Source of the DNA: Ignavibacteriales bacterium
GTDB taxonomy: Bacteria > Bacteroidota > Ignavibacteria > UBA10030 > SZUA-254
Direction of reading: 5' to 3'
Length of the DNA: 64,000 nucleotides
NCBI GenBank assembly: GCA_016218025.1
Contig: JACRFD010000079.1
Coordinates: 243-64,242 of the forward strand
Shown here: piece after piece, positions 10,420 to 20,489 of the stretch
How the letters are laid out: the number at the start of each line of letters is the position of its first letter
Numbering within the stretch: position 1 is the stretch's first letter
The notes under the pieces: model-generated
What the model was told of the DNA's origin: nothing
Seen by the model: only the letters and a program-made list of their open reading frames with translations
Database searches by the model: none
Made by a program: the position numbers and the translations under genes

Positions 10420-10846
10420 CTTTTGGCAATATTTGTAGATGAATTTGTCATCTTGTTTTTCAATATATGAAGCGTATGAATTGGATGCAAGGTGAGGAGA
10501 TGTGAGTTATGAGTTGGCAACCTTGCGGAGGTTGATGTTGCTGTTCGGTTCCATATATAACTTGTTTGAATTGGATGAAAATGAATAATAAATGGTGTTT
10601 AGTTAAAAAGGTGACGAGAGGAGTATGCCGAACTATTAACCTTCGACAAAGAACTAAGCTGCAATATGCAATGTCATTAACTTCTTCCAGTTTATCATAT
10701 TACGGATTATAATTCTGTCCAGTTCTAAATAGTATTGCAAAATTCAATATAGCTGTTAATCTTTATTCATATAGAAAAGAAAATTAAACTGTTTTCTTGG
10801 TACCGAATTTGTATAGAAGTATATCGACTAACAGAAAGGAGATTTT

Positions 10847-11536
10847 ATGACAACCTTCATATCCAATATATATCTGCGGCATCTAACGTTAGCGTTAATA
10901 ATCTCTATTTCATTTCATCTTATTGTAATTGGGTTCTATTCTATAATTGATAATATCCCAAATGAGGAGATAATTTTTGGAGGATTTACTATCGATTATA
11001 AAAGAATCCCTCAAACACGGATTATTGACGAACCACCAATAGAAATGCCGCTCATTAAAATTGAAACAACTCCTCCCAAAGAAGGCATTCCTGTCCCGGT
11101 ACCTGAATCGCAGGTTTCATCCGATCAAACAATTGCTGCGCAGAATCAGATGGGGAGAGAGAATGACGATGACCTGCCGCTACTTAGTAATGACGGAAAT
11201 ATCTCAATTAAAAAGCCGGAGATTGTTATCGATGAGCCCGATCCTCCCGATTTTGTAGTGACAGAACACCCTCCCGTTCCGGTAAAGCAGGTTCAGCCGG
11301 CATATCCATCGTTTGCAATTCAAACCGGGATGGAGGGAACGGTCTGGGTGAAGATGTTAATCAATAAAGAGGGGCGGGTTAAAAAAGCGCTAATTAGTAA
11401 AAGTGATTCGGAAATATTTGATGAAGTTGCAGTAAATGCCGCAATGCAGTGGCTGTTTACGCCTGCTATGATGAGCGGCGGTCCAGTTTCAGTTTGGGTC
11501 TCAGTTCCATTCAGATTTAGATTAAATAAAAATTAA
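10847..11536 (+). CDS. energy transducer TonB family protein
   Basis: N-terminal TM, Pro-rich linker, C-domain YPSFAIQTGMEGTVWVKMLINKEG...WLFTPA; SD AGAAAGGAG. Confidence 0.9.
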   Translation: MTTFISNIYLRHLTLALIISISFHLIVIGFYSIIDNIPNEEIIFGGFTIDYKRIPQTRIIDEPPIEMPLIKIETTPPKEGIPVPVPESQVSSDQTIAAQNQMGRENDDDLPLLSNDGNISIKKPEIVIDEPDPPDFVVTEHPPVPVKQVQPAYPSFAIQTGMEGTVWVKMLINKEGRVKKALISKSDSEIFDEVAVNAAMQWLFTPAMMSGGPVSVWVSVPFRFRLNKN

Positions 11537-11589
11537 ATTTTTAATTTTTCTTTAATGAGATTTCTCCGGACAATAAATTTTTGCACAAC

Positions 11590-11890
11590 AATTTCTCTCC
11601 ACGATGGGGAGTGGAATTGTAGGTGAGTGCCGACGAAGTAAACTTTCAAGAAACCTTCCGAAGGTTTCGATTGAATTATCAAATCAACCTTCGGAAGGTT
11701 CAAGAGGTCTAAAGAAAATGTCGGAGATTTTACTTGCTTGTTTTATCTGACCCCCTTTATAATCTCCCCCTTTAAAAATGGGGAGATGGATTGCTCGTCA
11801 AACCTCCGATTTATTATGTGCGACTTACTTACAAGTTTTGTACTCAATGGAAGTGAATCGCACTTAAACAAGAAGAAACCGGAGGTTTTC
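11590..11890. repeat. mosaic of REP-like inverted repeats
   Basis: aaccttccgaaggtt (11652-11666) with its exact reverse complement (11686-11700); atctcccc..ggggagat hairpin (11762-11787); aaacctccgattt (11800-11812) / aaaccggaggttt (11876-11888). Confidence 0.7.
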
Positions 11891-11897
11891 TATTTTC

Positions 11898-11926
11898 TTG
11901 AGTGAAAGATTAATTCTTCGTATATT
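11898..11926 (+). promoter_or_regulatory. putative sigma70 promoter of the GT4 gene
   Basis: TTGAGT-17 bp-TATATT, ending 9 nt before the ATG. Confidence 0.5.
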
Positions 11927-11935
11927 TCTTCCCAG

Positions 11936-13057
11936 ATGAATCAACCCCAAAATATTGCAATCGTACACGATTGGCTTGTGAGCATGCGCGGCGGCGAAAA
12001 GGTGCTGGAGGTACTTTGCGAACTTTATCCGGATGCAACTTTGTTTACGCTGTTGCATGATAAAGGAAAATGTTCGCCTGCTATTGAAGGAATGAATATC
12101 AAAACATCATTCCTTCAAAAATTTCCATCATCCACAAAAAAATATCAATATTACCTGCCGCTCTTTCCAACAGCAATTGAGCAATTCGATATGAGCGATT
12201 TTGATTTGGTAATTTCAAGCAGTCATGCCGCGGCAAAAGGTGTTCGCGTGCGGGACAATGCTCTTCATATCTGTTATTGCTACACTCCAATGCGTTACAT
12301 ATGGGATCAGTACGAACAATATTTCGGTAAAGAACGTGCTTCAACCGCCACACGAGTTGCGATGAAATTATCGTTAAACTATTTGAGAAAATGGGATGTT
12401 GCATCTTCAAAACGAGTCGGTGAATTTATCGGGATTTCTAACGCCGTCCGCGAACGAATCAATAGAATTTACAATCGTGATGCGGTTGTCATTTTCCCGC
12501 CGGTGGACGTTGACAGATTTTCTGTTTCAATAAAAGATGGTGGATATTATTTAATTGTCTCTGCTCTAGTGCCGTATAAGATGATTGATCTTGCGGTTGA
12601 AGCTTTTAATCAACTTGGTGAACGACTCATAATTATCGGTACTGGAAATCAGGAACAAAAATTAAAGTCAATGGCAAGAAAGAATATCGAGTTCCTCGGC
12701 TGGGCTGATGATGATACTGTAAAGAAATATTATGAAGGATGCCGCGCCTTAATATTTCCGGGAGAAGAAGATTTTGGAATTGTGCCTGTTGAAGCAATGG
12801 CATGTGGAAAACCTGTTATAGCATTCAATAAAGGCGGTGCTCTGGATACGATGATCGACGGTGTAACCGGTTTGTTTTTCAAAGAGCTAAATCCCGAAAG
12901 TTTGCTGGAGCAGATTAAGTCTTTAAAGCAACATAATTTCGATCCCGAAAAAATACGTGAGCATGCACTGAAGTTTGACAGAAAACTATTTAAAAAAAAC
13001 ATACGTTCATTTGTTGAAAATAAATGGATTGAATTTCTAAAAAAGTCTGCTATGTAA
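11936..13057 (+). CDS. glycosyltransferase family 4
   Basis: AIVHDWL..MRGGE N-terminus; EDFGIVPVEAMACGKPVIA motif. Confidence 0.93.
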   Translation: MNQPQNIAIVHDWLVSMRGGEKVLEVLCELYPDATLFTLLHDKGKCSPAIEGMNIKTSFLQKFPSSTKKYQYYLPLFPTAIEQFDMSDFDLVISSSHAAAKGVRVRDNALHICYCYTPMRYIWDQYEQYFGKERASTATRVAMKLSLNYLRKWDVASSKRVGEFIGISNAVRERINRIYNRDAVVIFPPVDVDRFSVSIKDGGYYLIVSALVPYKMIDLAVEAFNQLGERLIIIGTGNQEQKLKSMARKNIEFLGWADDDTVKKYYEGCRALIFPGEEDFGIVPVEAMACGKPVIAFNKGGALDTMIDGVTGLFFKELNPESLLEQIKSLKQHNFDPEKIREHALKFDRKLFKKNIRSFVENKWIEFLKKSAM

Positions 13058-13118
13058 ATTTTGCTTTTAGATTCAAAAATCTATACTTTTCACCATTAAA
13101 AAATTCGAAAAATCATTT

Positions 13119-15830
13119 GTGAAGATATTCTCATCGATCATATATTTTATTCTAATTATAATTCTGACTTCAGAGCCGGGATTTTCTCAACAAGAGTATC
13201 TTATTTATCCCACAAAATTTTCTGATCGAATTAACTCTAACCATTCACCTTTTAATCAACCCAAAATCGGATTAGTATTGAGCGGCGGCGGAGCGAGAGG
13301 GCTGGCTCAAATCGGTGTTCTTAAATCGCTTGAGAAACATGGTATCAATATCGATTTGATTGTTGGGAACAGTCTTGGATCTGTTGTCGGCGGTTTATAT
13401 GCATCGGGTTATACCACAACCGAGATTGAAAGTATTGCCCTTCACACCGACTGGGCTGAATTGCTCTCTTTTACAGAAGAAACTAAAAGGAGCGATTTGT
13501 TTGTGGGGCAGAAACAATCTCAGCAGGAAGGTTATTTTTCTATACGATTTGATGGTTTGGAACCGATTATACCATCATCAATTTCCGGCGGTCAAAGATT
13601 GCTAAATTTTTTTTCGTACCTCGCATTGCAGTCAATCTATCATCCCGATCCGTCATTCGATGATCTGAAAATTCCATTCCGGGCAGTTGCAACAGATTTA
13701 ATTTCAGGAAAAAGGATAATACTGGACCGTGGATCTTTGGCAGAAGCGTTACGTGCCAGTGTTACTGTCCCGCTTCTTTACTCTCCAATACAAAAAGATT
13801 CAATGGTTATGGTTGATGGAGGATTGCGGTCTAATATTCCTGTGGATGTTGCTCGAGCAGAGGGATGCGATGTTGTTATCGTTGTAAATTCCACCAGTTC
13901 CATGCGTAATCAGGAACAGATGAAAGCTCCGTGGGAAATAGCCGATCAGATCATGACCATCATGATGCAGGAATCGAACCGTGAGCAACTTAAGCTTGCA
14001 GATATTGTGATTAAACCTCAAACACGCGAGAGAATAGTTTCCGACTTTTCCAATCTGGATTCCCTGATTGCTGAAGGTGAGCGTTCGGCGGATAAAAGTA
14101 TTGATGAAATTTACCGTTTGATAGGAGAAAAATCGTCACAAAGAAATTATCTGTCTGATACAATTTTTAAAAATATTATATTCTCATCAAACGATCAAGA
14201 AATTCTAAAAGAGATTAAAATATTCTTTGATAAAAATGGTAAAGATGGAACTTTATCCGTATCCGACGTTCATAGATTTATAGATTCTGTTTCTTACGAA
14301 TTGAAAAATTCCGATTTAAAAGCAATCATAAAAACAACATGGGATTCAACTTTCATAGATATCAATCTACTAAGGAAAATGATCATCAAGGAGATTCGTT
14401 TTTCCGGCAATACATTATTATCAGATTCTATAATAAAAAATTGCACAAAAGATTGCATCGGACATACATTATCAGATAGTATTGTAATAAAAAGCAAGGA
14501 AAGACTACTTCATCGTTACAGATCTCTCGGTTATTCATTAGTAAAGATTGATTCGGTTAATATTAATGATGACGGTGTATTATCATTTATCATCAATCAA
14601 GGTGTTATTGGCGGAATTGAATATAACGGTAATACGCGCACACGGGATTATATAATCAGAAGGGAATTCCCGCTGGAAATTGGAGATGTTTTTAATATCG
14701 ACAAAGCAGTAAAAGGAATTGTAAATATTAAAAGCTCCGGCTTATTTGAATATGTTTTCATGGATGTGAAGTATGTTGATAATTCGCCGGTGATTATTCT
14801 AAATGTGAAAGAGCAAAGCTCGGAACTGATACGAATCGGTTTTAATGCCGATAATGAGCATGGAATTGTTGCGACAGTAGGAAGCCGCGATGGGAATTTT
14901 AGGGGTGCGTGGGAAGAATTAGGAATGGTCCTCAGATACGGATATAGAGATTGGTTTGCAAAAGCTGAATATACTGTGAATAGAATCTTCCATTCTTATT
15001 TTACATTCAATCTGAAAGCATACACAACATCGAGAGATGTATTTACTTATGCTTATACAAACGAAACTTCATCCGAAAGGTGGGAAAGAATAGAGCAGGG
15101 AAGGTATCGCGATGCCCGACAGGGTGCATTGCTGATGTTTGGAAGTCATGTATCTCGATTGGGAAATCTCACAACCACATTGCGATGGGAAAAACAAAAA
15201 ATTCATTCAATCTCAGGGGATGGTTATTCGCCGTTGAGTCAACGATTTGTAAGCATTAAATTCCAGAGCACAATCGACACCGAAGATAAATATTCGTTCC
15301 CGACAAAAGGATTGATGTTCGTTATTACATTCGAATCGGCATCCAAAAAAATCGGAAGTGAGGTCGGCTTTGGTAAAATAGGTATTGTTTACGAAAACTA
15401 TTTTACAGCGTTTTCTCAGCATACACTGAAAGCAAAAATAACTTTCGGATTTGCAGATCAAACATTACCCATCACCGAACAATACAGCTTAGGCGGATTC
15501 CAGTCGTTTTTGGGTTTAAGGGAAGACGATAGCCGTGGTAGACAAGTTTTTCTTGGGAATTTGGAGTATAGGTTAAGATTTCCGTTCAAATTGATTTTTG
15601 ATACTTACCTGAAATTACGTTACGATCTTGGGACAATATCCCTTGTACCCGAAGAACTAAAATTCAGTAATTTCAGGCACGGACTTGGAGTCGAAATTGC
15701 ATTAGATACTCCCTTGGGTCCTGCCTCATTCGGCGCAGGACAAAGTTTTTTCATTCGCAAAAATCTACCCAATTCACCGGTTGCGGTCGGTCCGGTTCTA
15801 TTCTATTTTTCCATCGGTCCCTCGCTTTAA
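13119..15830 (+). CDS. patatin-like phospholipase with POTRA and Omp85-type barrel (PlpD-like)
   Basis: LSGGGARG, GNSLG and DGG patatin motifs; POTRA-like GNTRTRDYIIRRE; barrel-like C-terminus with LGLR..TPLGP. Confidence 0.88.
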   Translation: MKIFSSIIYFILIIILTSEPGFSQQEYLIYPTKFSDRINSNHSPFNQPKIGLVLSGGGARGLAQIGVLKSLEKHGINIDLIVGNSLGSVVGGLYASGYTTTEIESIALHTDWAELLSFTEETKRSDLFVGQKQSQQEGYFSIRFDGLEPIIPSSISGGQRLLNFFSYLALQSIYHPDPSFDDLKIPFRAVATDLISGKRIILDRGSLAEALRASVTVPLLYSPIQKDSMVMVDGGLRSNIPVDVARAEGCDVVIVVNSTSSMRNQEQMKAPWEIADQIMTIMMQESNREQLKLADIVIKPQTRERIVSDFSNLDSLIAEGERSADKSIDEIYRLIGEKSSQRNYLSDTIFKNIIFSSNDQEILKEIKIFFDKNGKDGTLSVSDVHRFIDSVSYELKNSDLKAIIKTTWDSTFIDINLLRKMIIKEIRFSGNTLLSDSIIKNCTKDCIGHTLSDSIVIKSKERLLHRYRSLGYSLVKIDSVNINDDGVLSFIINQGVIGGIEYNGNTRTRDYIIRREFPLEIGDVFNIDKAVKGIVNIKSSGLFEYVFMDVKYVDNSPVIILNVKEQSSELIRIGFNADNEHGIVATVGSRDGNFRGAWEELGMVLRYGYRDWFAKAEYTVNRIFHSYFTFNLKAYTTSRDVFTYAYTNETSSERWERIEQGRYRDARQGALLMFGSHVSRLGNLTTTLRWEKQKIHSISGDGYSPLSQRFVSIKFQSTIDTEDKYSFPTKGLMFVITFESASKKIGSEVGFGKIGIVYENYFTAFSQHTLKAKITFGFADQTLPITEQYSLGGFQSFLGLREDDSRGRQVFLGNLEYRLRFPFKLIFDTYLKLRYDLGTISLVPEELKFSNFRHGLGVEIALDTPLGPASFGAGQSFFIRKNLPNSPVAVGPVLFYFSIGPSL

Positions 15831-15834
15831 ACCG

Positions 15835-15863
15835 TTGCGATTGCAAATCTGAATTCTTATCTT
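15835..15863 (+). promoter_or_regulatory. putative sigma70 promoter of archease-rtcB
   Basis: TTGCGA-17 bp-TATCTT; the ATG lies 6 nt after the -10 box and no SD is evident. Confidence 0.5.
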
Positions 15864-15869
15864 CATTTA

Positions 15870-16289
15870 ATGAAGAACGGATATAAATTTCTCGATCATC
15901 CTGCTGATATCGGCATAGAAGCAATTGGAGAAACAGTTGCTGATGCGTTTATTCATTCGGCTTACGGACTTATTTCGGTTATTGTTGATGATTCAACAAT
16001 AGAACCGCATATCCCGATGCATATTCAAATTGATGCAGAAGACAAAGAACACCTGCTGGTAAAATGGTTATCCGAAATTCTTTATCTGTATGATGGAAAG
16101 AAATATTTACCATCGAAAATTAAAATCAATTCAATAGACGATATTTCTCTTGATGCGGAGATTAAAGGTGAATATTTTTCCGATTCAAAACATAAAACAA
16201 AAACCGATGTGAAGGCAGTAACTTATCATCAAATATTAATTCAGGAGGAAAAAGGTAAATGCTTGATCAGAGTTTACTTAGATATATGA
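15870..16289 (+). CDS. archease
   Basis: YKFLDHPADIG (DHxAD) and DVKAVTYH motifs. Confidence 0.92.
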   Translation: MKNGYKFLDHPADIGIEAIGETVADAFIHSAYGLISVIVDDSTIEPHIPMHIQIDAEDKEHLLVKWLSEILYLYDGKKYLPSKIKINSIDDISLDAEIKGEYFSDSKHKTKTDVKAVTYHQILIQEEKGKCLIRVYLDI

Positions 16290-16319
16290 TGTCGTCAATC
16301 TCCTGTTTAAAAAAATAAC

Positions 16320-17744
16320 ATGATAAAAAAGATAGATGAATATCGTTATTTAGTCCCGAAAACCAGCAAGGCAGGGATGAAGATAGATGGTCTAATTTAT
16401 GCGAATGACCGGTTGATAAAGCAAATCGAAAAAGATCAAACCGTTGATCAGGTTGCAAATGTTGCCACTCTGCCGGGTTTTGTAGGAAAATCGCTTGCCA
16501 TGCCGGATGCTCATCAGGGATATGGCTTTTGCATCGGAGGTGTGGCTGCAGCCGATATTGAGGATGGGGTAGTTTCTGCCGGAGGAGTTGGTTTCGATAT
16601 CAACTGCGGGGTTCGGTTGCTTCGATCGCCGTTCGAGAAAAAAGATATAATATCGAAATTAGATGAATTGCTGAATCAATTATTCAAAGATATTCCTTGT
16701 GGTACAGGCAGAAAAGGAAAATTGAGTGCCGGTAAATCTGAATTGAATAAAGTATTACAGCAGGGTGTTGAATGGGCGGTTAAAAATGATTATGGAAATG
16801 AAGAAGATATTTATAAAATTGAAGAATGTGGAAAAATCGAACGGGCTGATGAATCGTTGGTAAGTTCCCGTGCTAAAGAACGCGGGCATGATCAGCTTGG
16901 TACGTTAGGTTCGGGAAATCATTTCCTCGAAATCCAGGTTGTAGCCGAAATATATGACGATATCGCCGCAAGATGCTTCTCTCTTTATAAAGATCAAGTA
17001 GTTGTTTTAATCCATAGCGGATCACGAGGATTGGGGCATCAGGTTTGTACAGATTATCTCGATGTAATGCAGAGTGGTATGAAGAAATATAAGATTGACG
17101 TGAGTGATCGTCAACTTGCATCTGTTCCTATTAAATCAATTGAAGGGCAGAATTATCTTAAAGCGATGGCAGCATCGGCAAATTTCGTTTTCGCGAACAG
17201 GCAGATGATAACACACTGGACAAGAGACGTGTTCAAAAAAATTATCGGCAGTGGTGATCTAAAAATTGTTTATGATATCTGCCACAATATTGCCAAGTTT
17301 GAGGAACATGAAGTTGATGGATCGTTGAAATCGTTATTAGTGCATCGTAAAGGTGCAACGCGGGCATTTCCAAAAAAACATCCCGTTTTGCCGGATGAAT
17401 ATAAATCGGTTGGACAGCCGGTTTTGATTCCGGGAAGTATGGGAACTTGCTCTTATGTTTTGGTCGGGACAGAAAATGCGATGAAAGAAACTTTTGGTTC
17501 TTCATGTCATGGTGCCGGCAGATCGAAAAGCAGAACACAGGCTAAAAAAGAAACTGATGCAGATGAATTACTGAGAGAAATGAAATCAAGAGGAATTCTT
17601 GTAAGAGGAGAAACAAAATCGGGATTATCTGAAGAAAATCCCAATGCGTACAAAGATGTAAGTGAAGTTGTAGAAGTTGTGCATGGAGCAGGAATTGCAA
17701 AAAAGGTGGCAAAATTAGTCCCACTTGCAGTTATGAAGGGGTGA
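16320..17744 (+). CDS. rtcB: RtcB RNA 2',3'-cyclic phosphate/3'-P ligase
   Basis: MPDAHQGYGFCIGG, GFDINCG, GSGNHFLE, HSGSRG, HRKGAT, SCHGAGR and AYKDV motifs. Confidence 0.96.
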   Translation: MIKKIDEYRYLVPKTSKAGMKIDGLIYANDRLIKQIEKDQTVDQVANVATLPGFVGKSLAMPDAHQGYGFCIGGVAAADIEDGVVSAGGVGFDINCGVRLLRSPFEKKDIISKLDELLNQLFKDIPCGTGRKGKLSAGKSELNKVLQQGVEWAVKNDYGNEEDIYKIEECGKIERADESLVSSRAKERGHDQLGTLGSGNHFLEIQVVAEIYDDIAARCFSLYKDQVVVLIHSGSRGLGHQVCTDYLDVMQSGMKKYKIDVSDRQLASVPIKSIEGQNYLKAMAASANFVFANRQMITHWTRDVFKKIIGSGDLKIVYDICHNIAKFEEHEVDGSLKSLLVHRKGATRAFPKKHPVLPDEYKSVGQPVLIPGSMGTCSYVLVGTENAMKETFGSSCHGAGRSKSRTQAKKETDADELLREMKSRGILVRGETKSGLSEENPNAYKDVSEVVEVVHGAGIAKKVAKLVPLAVMKG

Positions 17745-18059
17745 TAATATTTTTTAATCTTTTTTTGATGTTTTTAGTAAATATTTGAAATTTTTAATCT
17801 TTTCCTATTAAATATTCTTATTGTGGACAATGTAAATAAACTTATTGAAATTTCTTTGTTTTCAACGATTTTAGTGTTGAAGACTTTGTGGATAACTTAT
17901 CCGATGACGTATTATCAACGATTAATCGCTTCTCCTAAACTCTTTCTTTAAAATAGCACTTGCATCTTATTTAAAAATTGATTATCCTCAGTTTGTCAAT
18001 TTCCAACAGGGCAACTTCAAGCCCATATCTCAAATTTTCGAACATTATAGGAACGTAGC
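17745..18059. promoter_or_regulatory. AT-rich intergenic region with DnaA-box-like cluster (candidate oriC or DnaA-regulated promoter)
   Basis: Perfect box TGTGGATAA (17887-17895); one-mismatch TGTGGACAA (17822-17830) and TTATCCTCA (17982-17990); weaker boxes at 17831 and 17912; very AT-rich 17745-17820. Confidence 0.4.
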
Positions 18060-20477
18060 ATGGATTCTTCCACTAAATACGTCGAGATTTTAGAAGGTAT
18101 TTCAGGTGGTTTTTTTGCTTTAGACAGTGACTACCGGTTTACTTACTGGAATCGTGCCGCCGAAGATGGCACAGGATTGAAAAGAGATGATGTTTTGGGT
18201 AAAAATGTCTTCGAAGTTTTTCCGAATGCCAAAGATGCAGAGCTTGGTGAAAAATACCGTATTGCCATGGAGACTAAAACGTTCCAAAGCTTTGAAACAT
18301 GTTATCGTGATGAACGGTTTGAATCTTGGTATGATATAAGAATTTATCCGACCGATAATGGCATTTCAGTTTTTTTCCAGGATATCACAAATCAAAAAAG
18401 AGAACAGCGGCAAAAAGAAATGCTGATGGAGGTTTCCCATGTTATAAACGTCGCGCCGCACTTGGATGATTTATGCCTGAACGCAGGCGAACGCATAGCG
18501 GAATTCATGGAAATCCCGCCGAAGTTTGTTTGTATCTACCGTTACGAGCAGAGATCGGGACTTCTTCATTTAATGGCTCCCTCGCTGGTTGACGTTAGAG
18601 TTAATCCCGATGTTGAACACCAGATTGTTGATGAAAAAACAGACACCATTGCAGTTCAAACTGCTCTGACGCGCAAAGCGATTGTAACCGATGAGCTTGC
18701 CCGTAGTACAATTGCGGCATATTTTTTAGGCGAGACCAACGAATTAAAACTTAAAACACTGATTTCTATTCCATTGATGGTGCAGAATGAGCTTCAGGGA
18801 ATTTTAGAAGTACTTTCTCCTAAAGTCGATAATTATGTCCGTGACGAAATAAAATTGTTATCCATTATCTCTAACGAACTCGCCATCGGCATGAGCAGAA
18901 AACGATTGATGGATGAAATCACGATCAAGAATATAGAACTTGAAAACGAAAAGAAAAGAACCGACGATGCGAACGAAACATTAAAAAGGTTCCTTGCTAC
19001 CTTTAGCCATGAGCTGCGGGCTCCGTTGAATGCCATCGTAGGATTTTCTGAGATATTAACTACCGAATTGCAAAACCTGCCCCGTGAAAAAGTCAGCGAC
19101 TTCATGAAGAATATTCATGAGAGCGGCAAGCACCTGCAGGGCTTAATCAACGATATACTCGACCTTTCGAAGATCGAAGCCGGTAAAATGGAGCTTCATA
19201 TAGAAGCATATCCTGTTTCGTATTTCAGCGAAAGTATTCAACGTGTAATGCAACAAGTGATACAACAAAAAAATCTCAATTTGAAATTTGAAATCGGTCA
19301 TGATATTGAGCAGTTAGTTGTAGATCAAACACGTTTTAAACAGATTTTAATGAACTTAGTTTCAAATGCAGTTAAGTTCAGCCATAATAACGGCACTGTA
19401 ACTGTGGCTATAAAAAGATTTGTCAACGAGATAGAAATAGCCGTTAAAGATGAAGGGGTTGGAATTAAACCCGAAGATCAGGTACGGTTGTTCCATGCTT
19501 TCACGCAGGGAAAAAATTCAAAAGGAATGAAAGAAGGAACAGGTCTTGGACTTGTAATAACCAAGCGGTTGGTTGAACTTCACGGCGGACATATTACCGT
19601 TGATAGTGAATGGGGAAAAGGAACAACATTCCGTTTCCGGATACCAATGGTTCTTGCAGGCGAAGTAGTAGAATCAGCAGATCAACTGTTGCGCGTTGTG
19701 AATGAACAACCTCTCGCAATGCCGGAAGGTGAGAAACCGCTTATTCTTATCATCGAAGATAACGCTCAGGCAAGTCAGCTAATACAGATGTATCTGCAGG
19801 AAGCAGGATACAGAACCGAGGTTGCAAAAGACGGGGCAGAAGGATTGGAAAAAGCGAAGCGCCTGAAACCGCAAATCATAACTCTCGATATGATCATGCC
19901 GGTGAAAGACGGTTGGCAGGTATTGAAGGAATTGAAACGACATCCTATCTGCAAAGATATTCCTATTATCATCATTTCGATTACCGATGAAAAGAAACTC
20001 GGTTTCAGCATGGGCGCGGTTGATTATTTTGTTAAGCCCGTGAATAAAGATGAGCTTCTGAACGCCCTGCGGAAAATCCCGCTTCGTAACATCGAGCAAA
20101 AGCAGCATCCGAAAGTTTTAATTATAGACGACGACAAAAACGCTTCGGAATTGATACAGGTTATGTTGGAAGCGGAAGGTTACGATGTTATTAAAACGAT
20201 GAACGGAAAAGACGGAGTGCAATTGGCTTTTTCCGAAACACCCGATCTGATTATTTTGGATTTGATTATGCCCGACATATCGGGATTTAATGTTGCCTAT
20301 CAACTTAAACAACAAGCGAAAACACGGAACACGCCTATTATCATTCTCACTTCTATGGAAGTCGATGAAGATACACGCGAGCAGATGCAGGGATTTATTT
20401 CTACCATCATGAGTAAATCGCGATTTACCAAAAAAGATCTTCTCCGCGAAATCAACACGATTGAGAAGATGAAATAA
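18060..20477 (+). CDS. hybrid sensor histidine kinase (PAS-GAF-HisKA-HATPase-REC-REC)
   Basis: PAS (FTYWNRAAE), H-box SHELRAPLN, NLVSNAVKF, GTGLGL, and two receivers (ITLDMIMP, IILDLIMP). Confidence 0.95.
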   Translation: MDSSTKYVEILEGISGGFFALDSDYRFTYWNRAAEDGTGLKRDDVLGKNVFEVFPNAKDAELGEKYRIAMETKTFQSFETCYRDERFESWYDIRIYPTDNGISVFFQDITNQKREQRQKEMLMEVSHVINVAPHLDDLCLNAGERIAEFMEIPPKFVCIYRYEQRSGLLHLMAPSLVDVRVNPDVEHQIVDEKTDTIAVQTALTRKAIVTDELARSTIAAYFLGETNELKLKTLISIPLMVQNELQGILEVLSPKVDNYVRDEIKLLSIISNELAIGMSRKRLMDEITIKNIELENEKKRTDDANETLKRFLATFSHELRAPLNAIVGFSEILTTELQNLPREKVSDFMKNIHESGKHLQGLINDILDLSKIEAGKMELHIEAYPVSYFSESIQRVMQQVIQQKNLNLKFEIGHDIEQLVVDQTRFKQILMNLVSNAVKFSHNNGTVTVAIKRFVNEIEIAVKDEGVGIKPEDQVRLFHAFTQGKNSKGMKEGTGLGLVITKRLVELHGGHITVDSEWGKGTTFRFRIPMVLAGEVVESADQLLRVVNEQPLAMPEGEKPLILIIEDNAQASQLIQMYLQEAGYRTEVAKDGAEGLEKAKRLKPQIITLDMIMPVKDGWQVLKELKRHPICKDIPIIIISITDEKKLGFSMGAVDYFVKPVNKDELLNALRKIPLRNIEQKQHPKVLIIDDDKNASELIQVMLEAEGYDVIKTMNGKDGVQLAFSETPDLIILDLIMPDISGFNVAYQLKQQAKTRNTPIIILTSMEVDEDTREQMQGFISTIMSKSRFTKKDLLREINTIEKMK

Positions 20478-20489
20478 TATTTATTTTGT

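Noticed and set aside
11652-11700. Repeat pairs as a CRISPR array
   Set aside because: Only two inverted 15-mers per site, no direct repeat-spacer periodicity and no cas genes.
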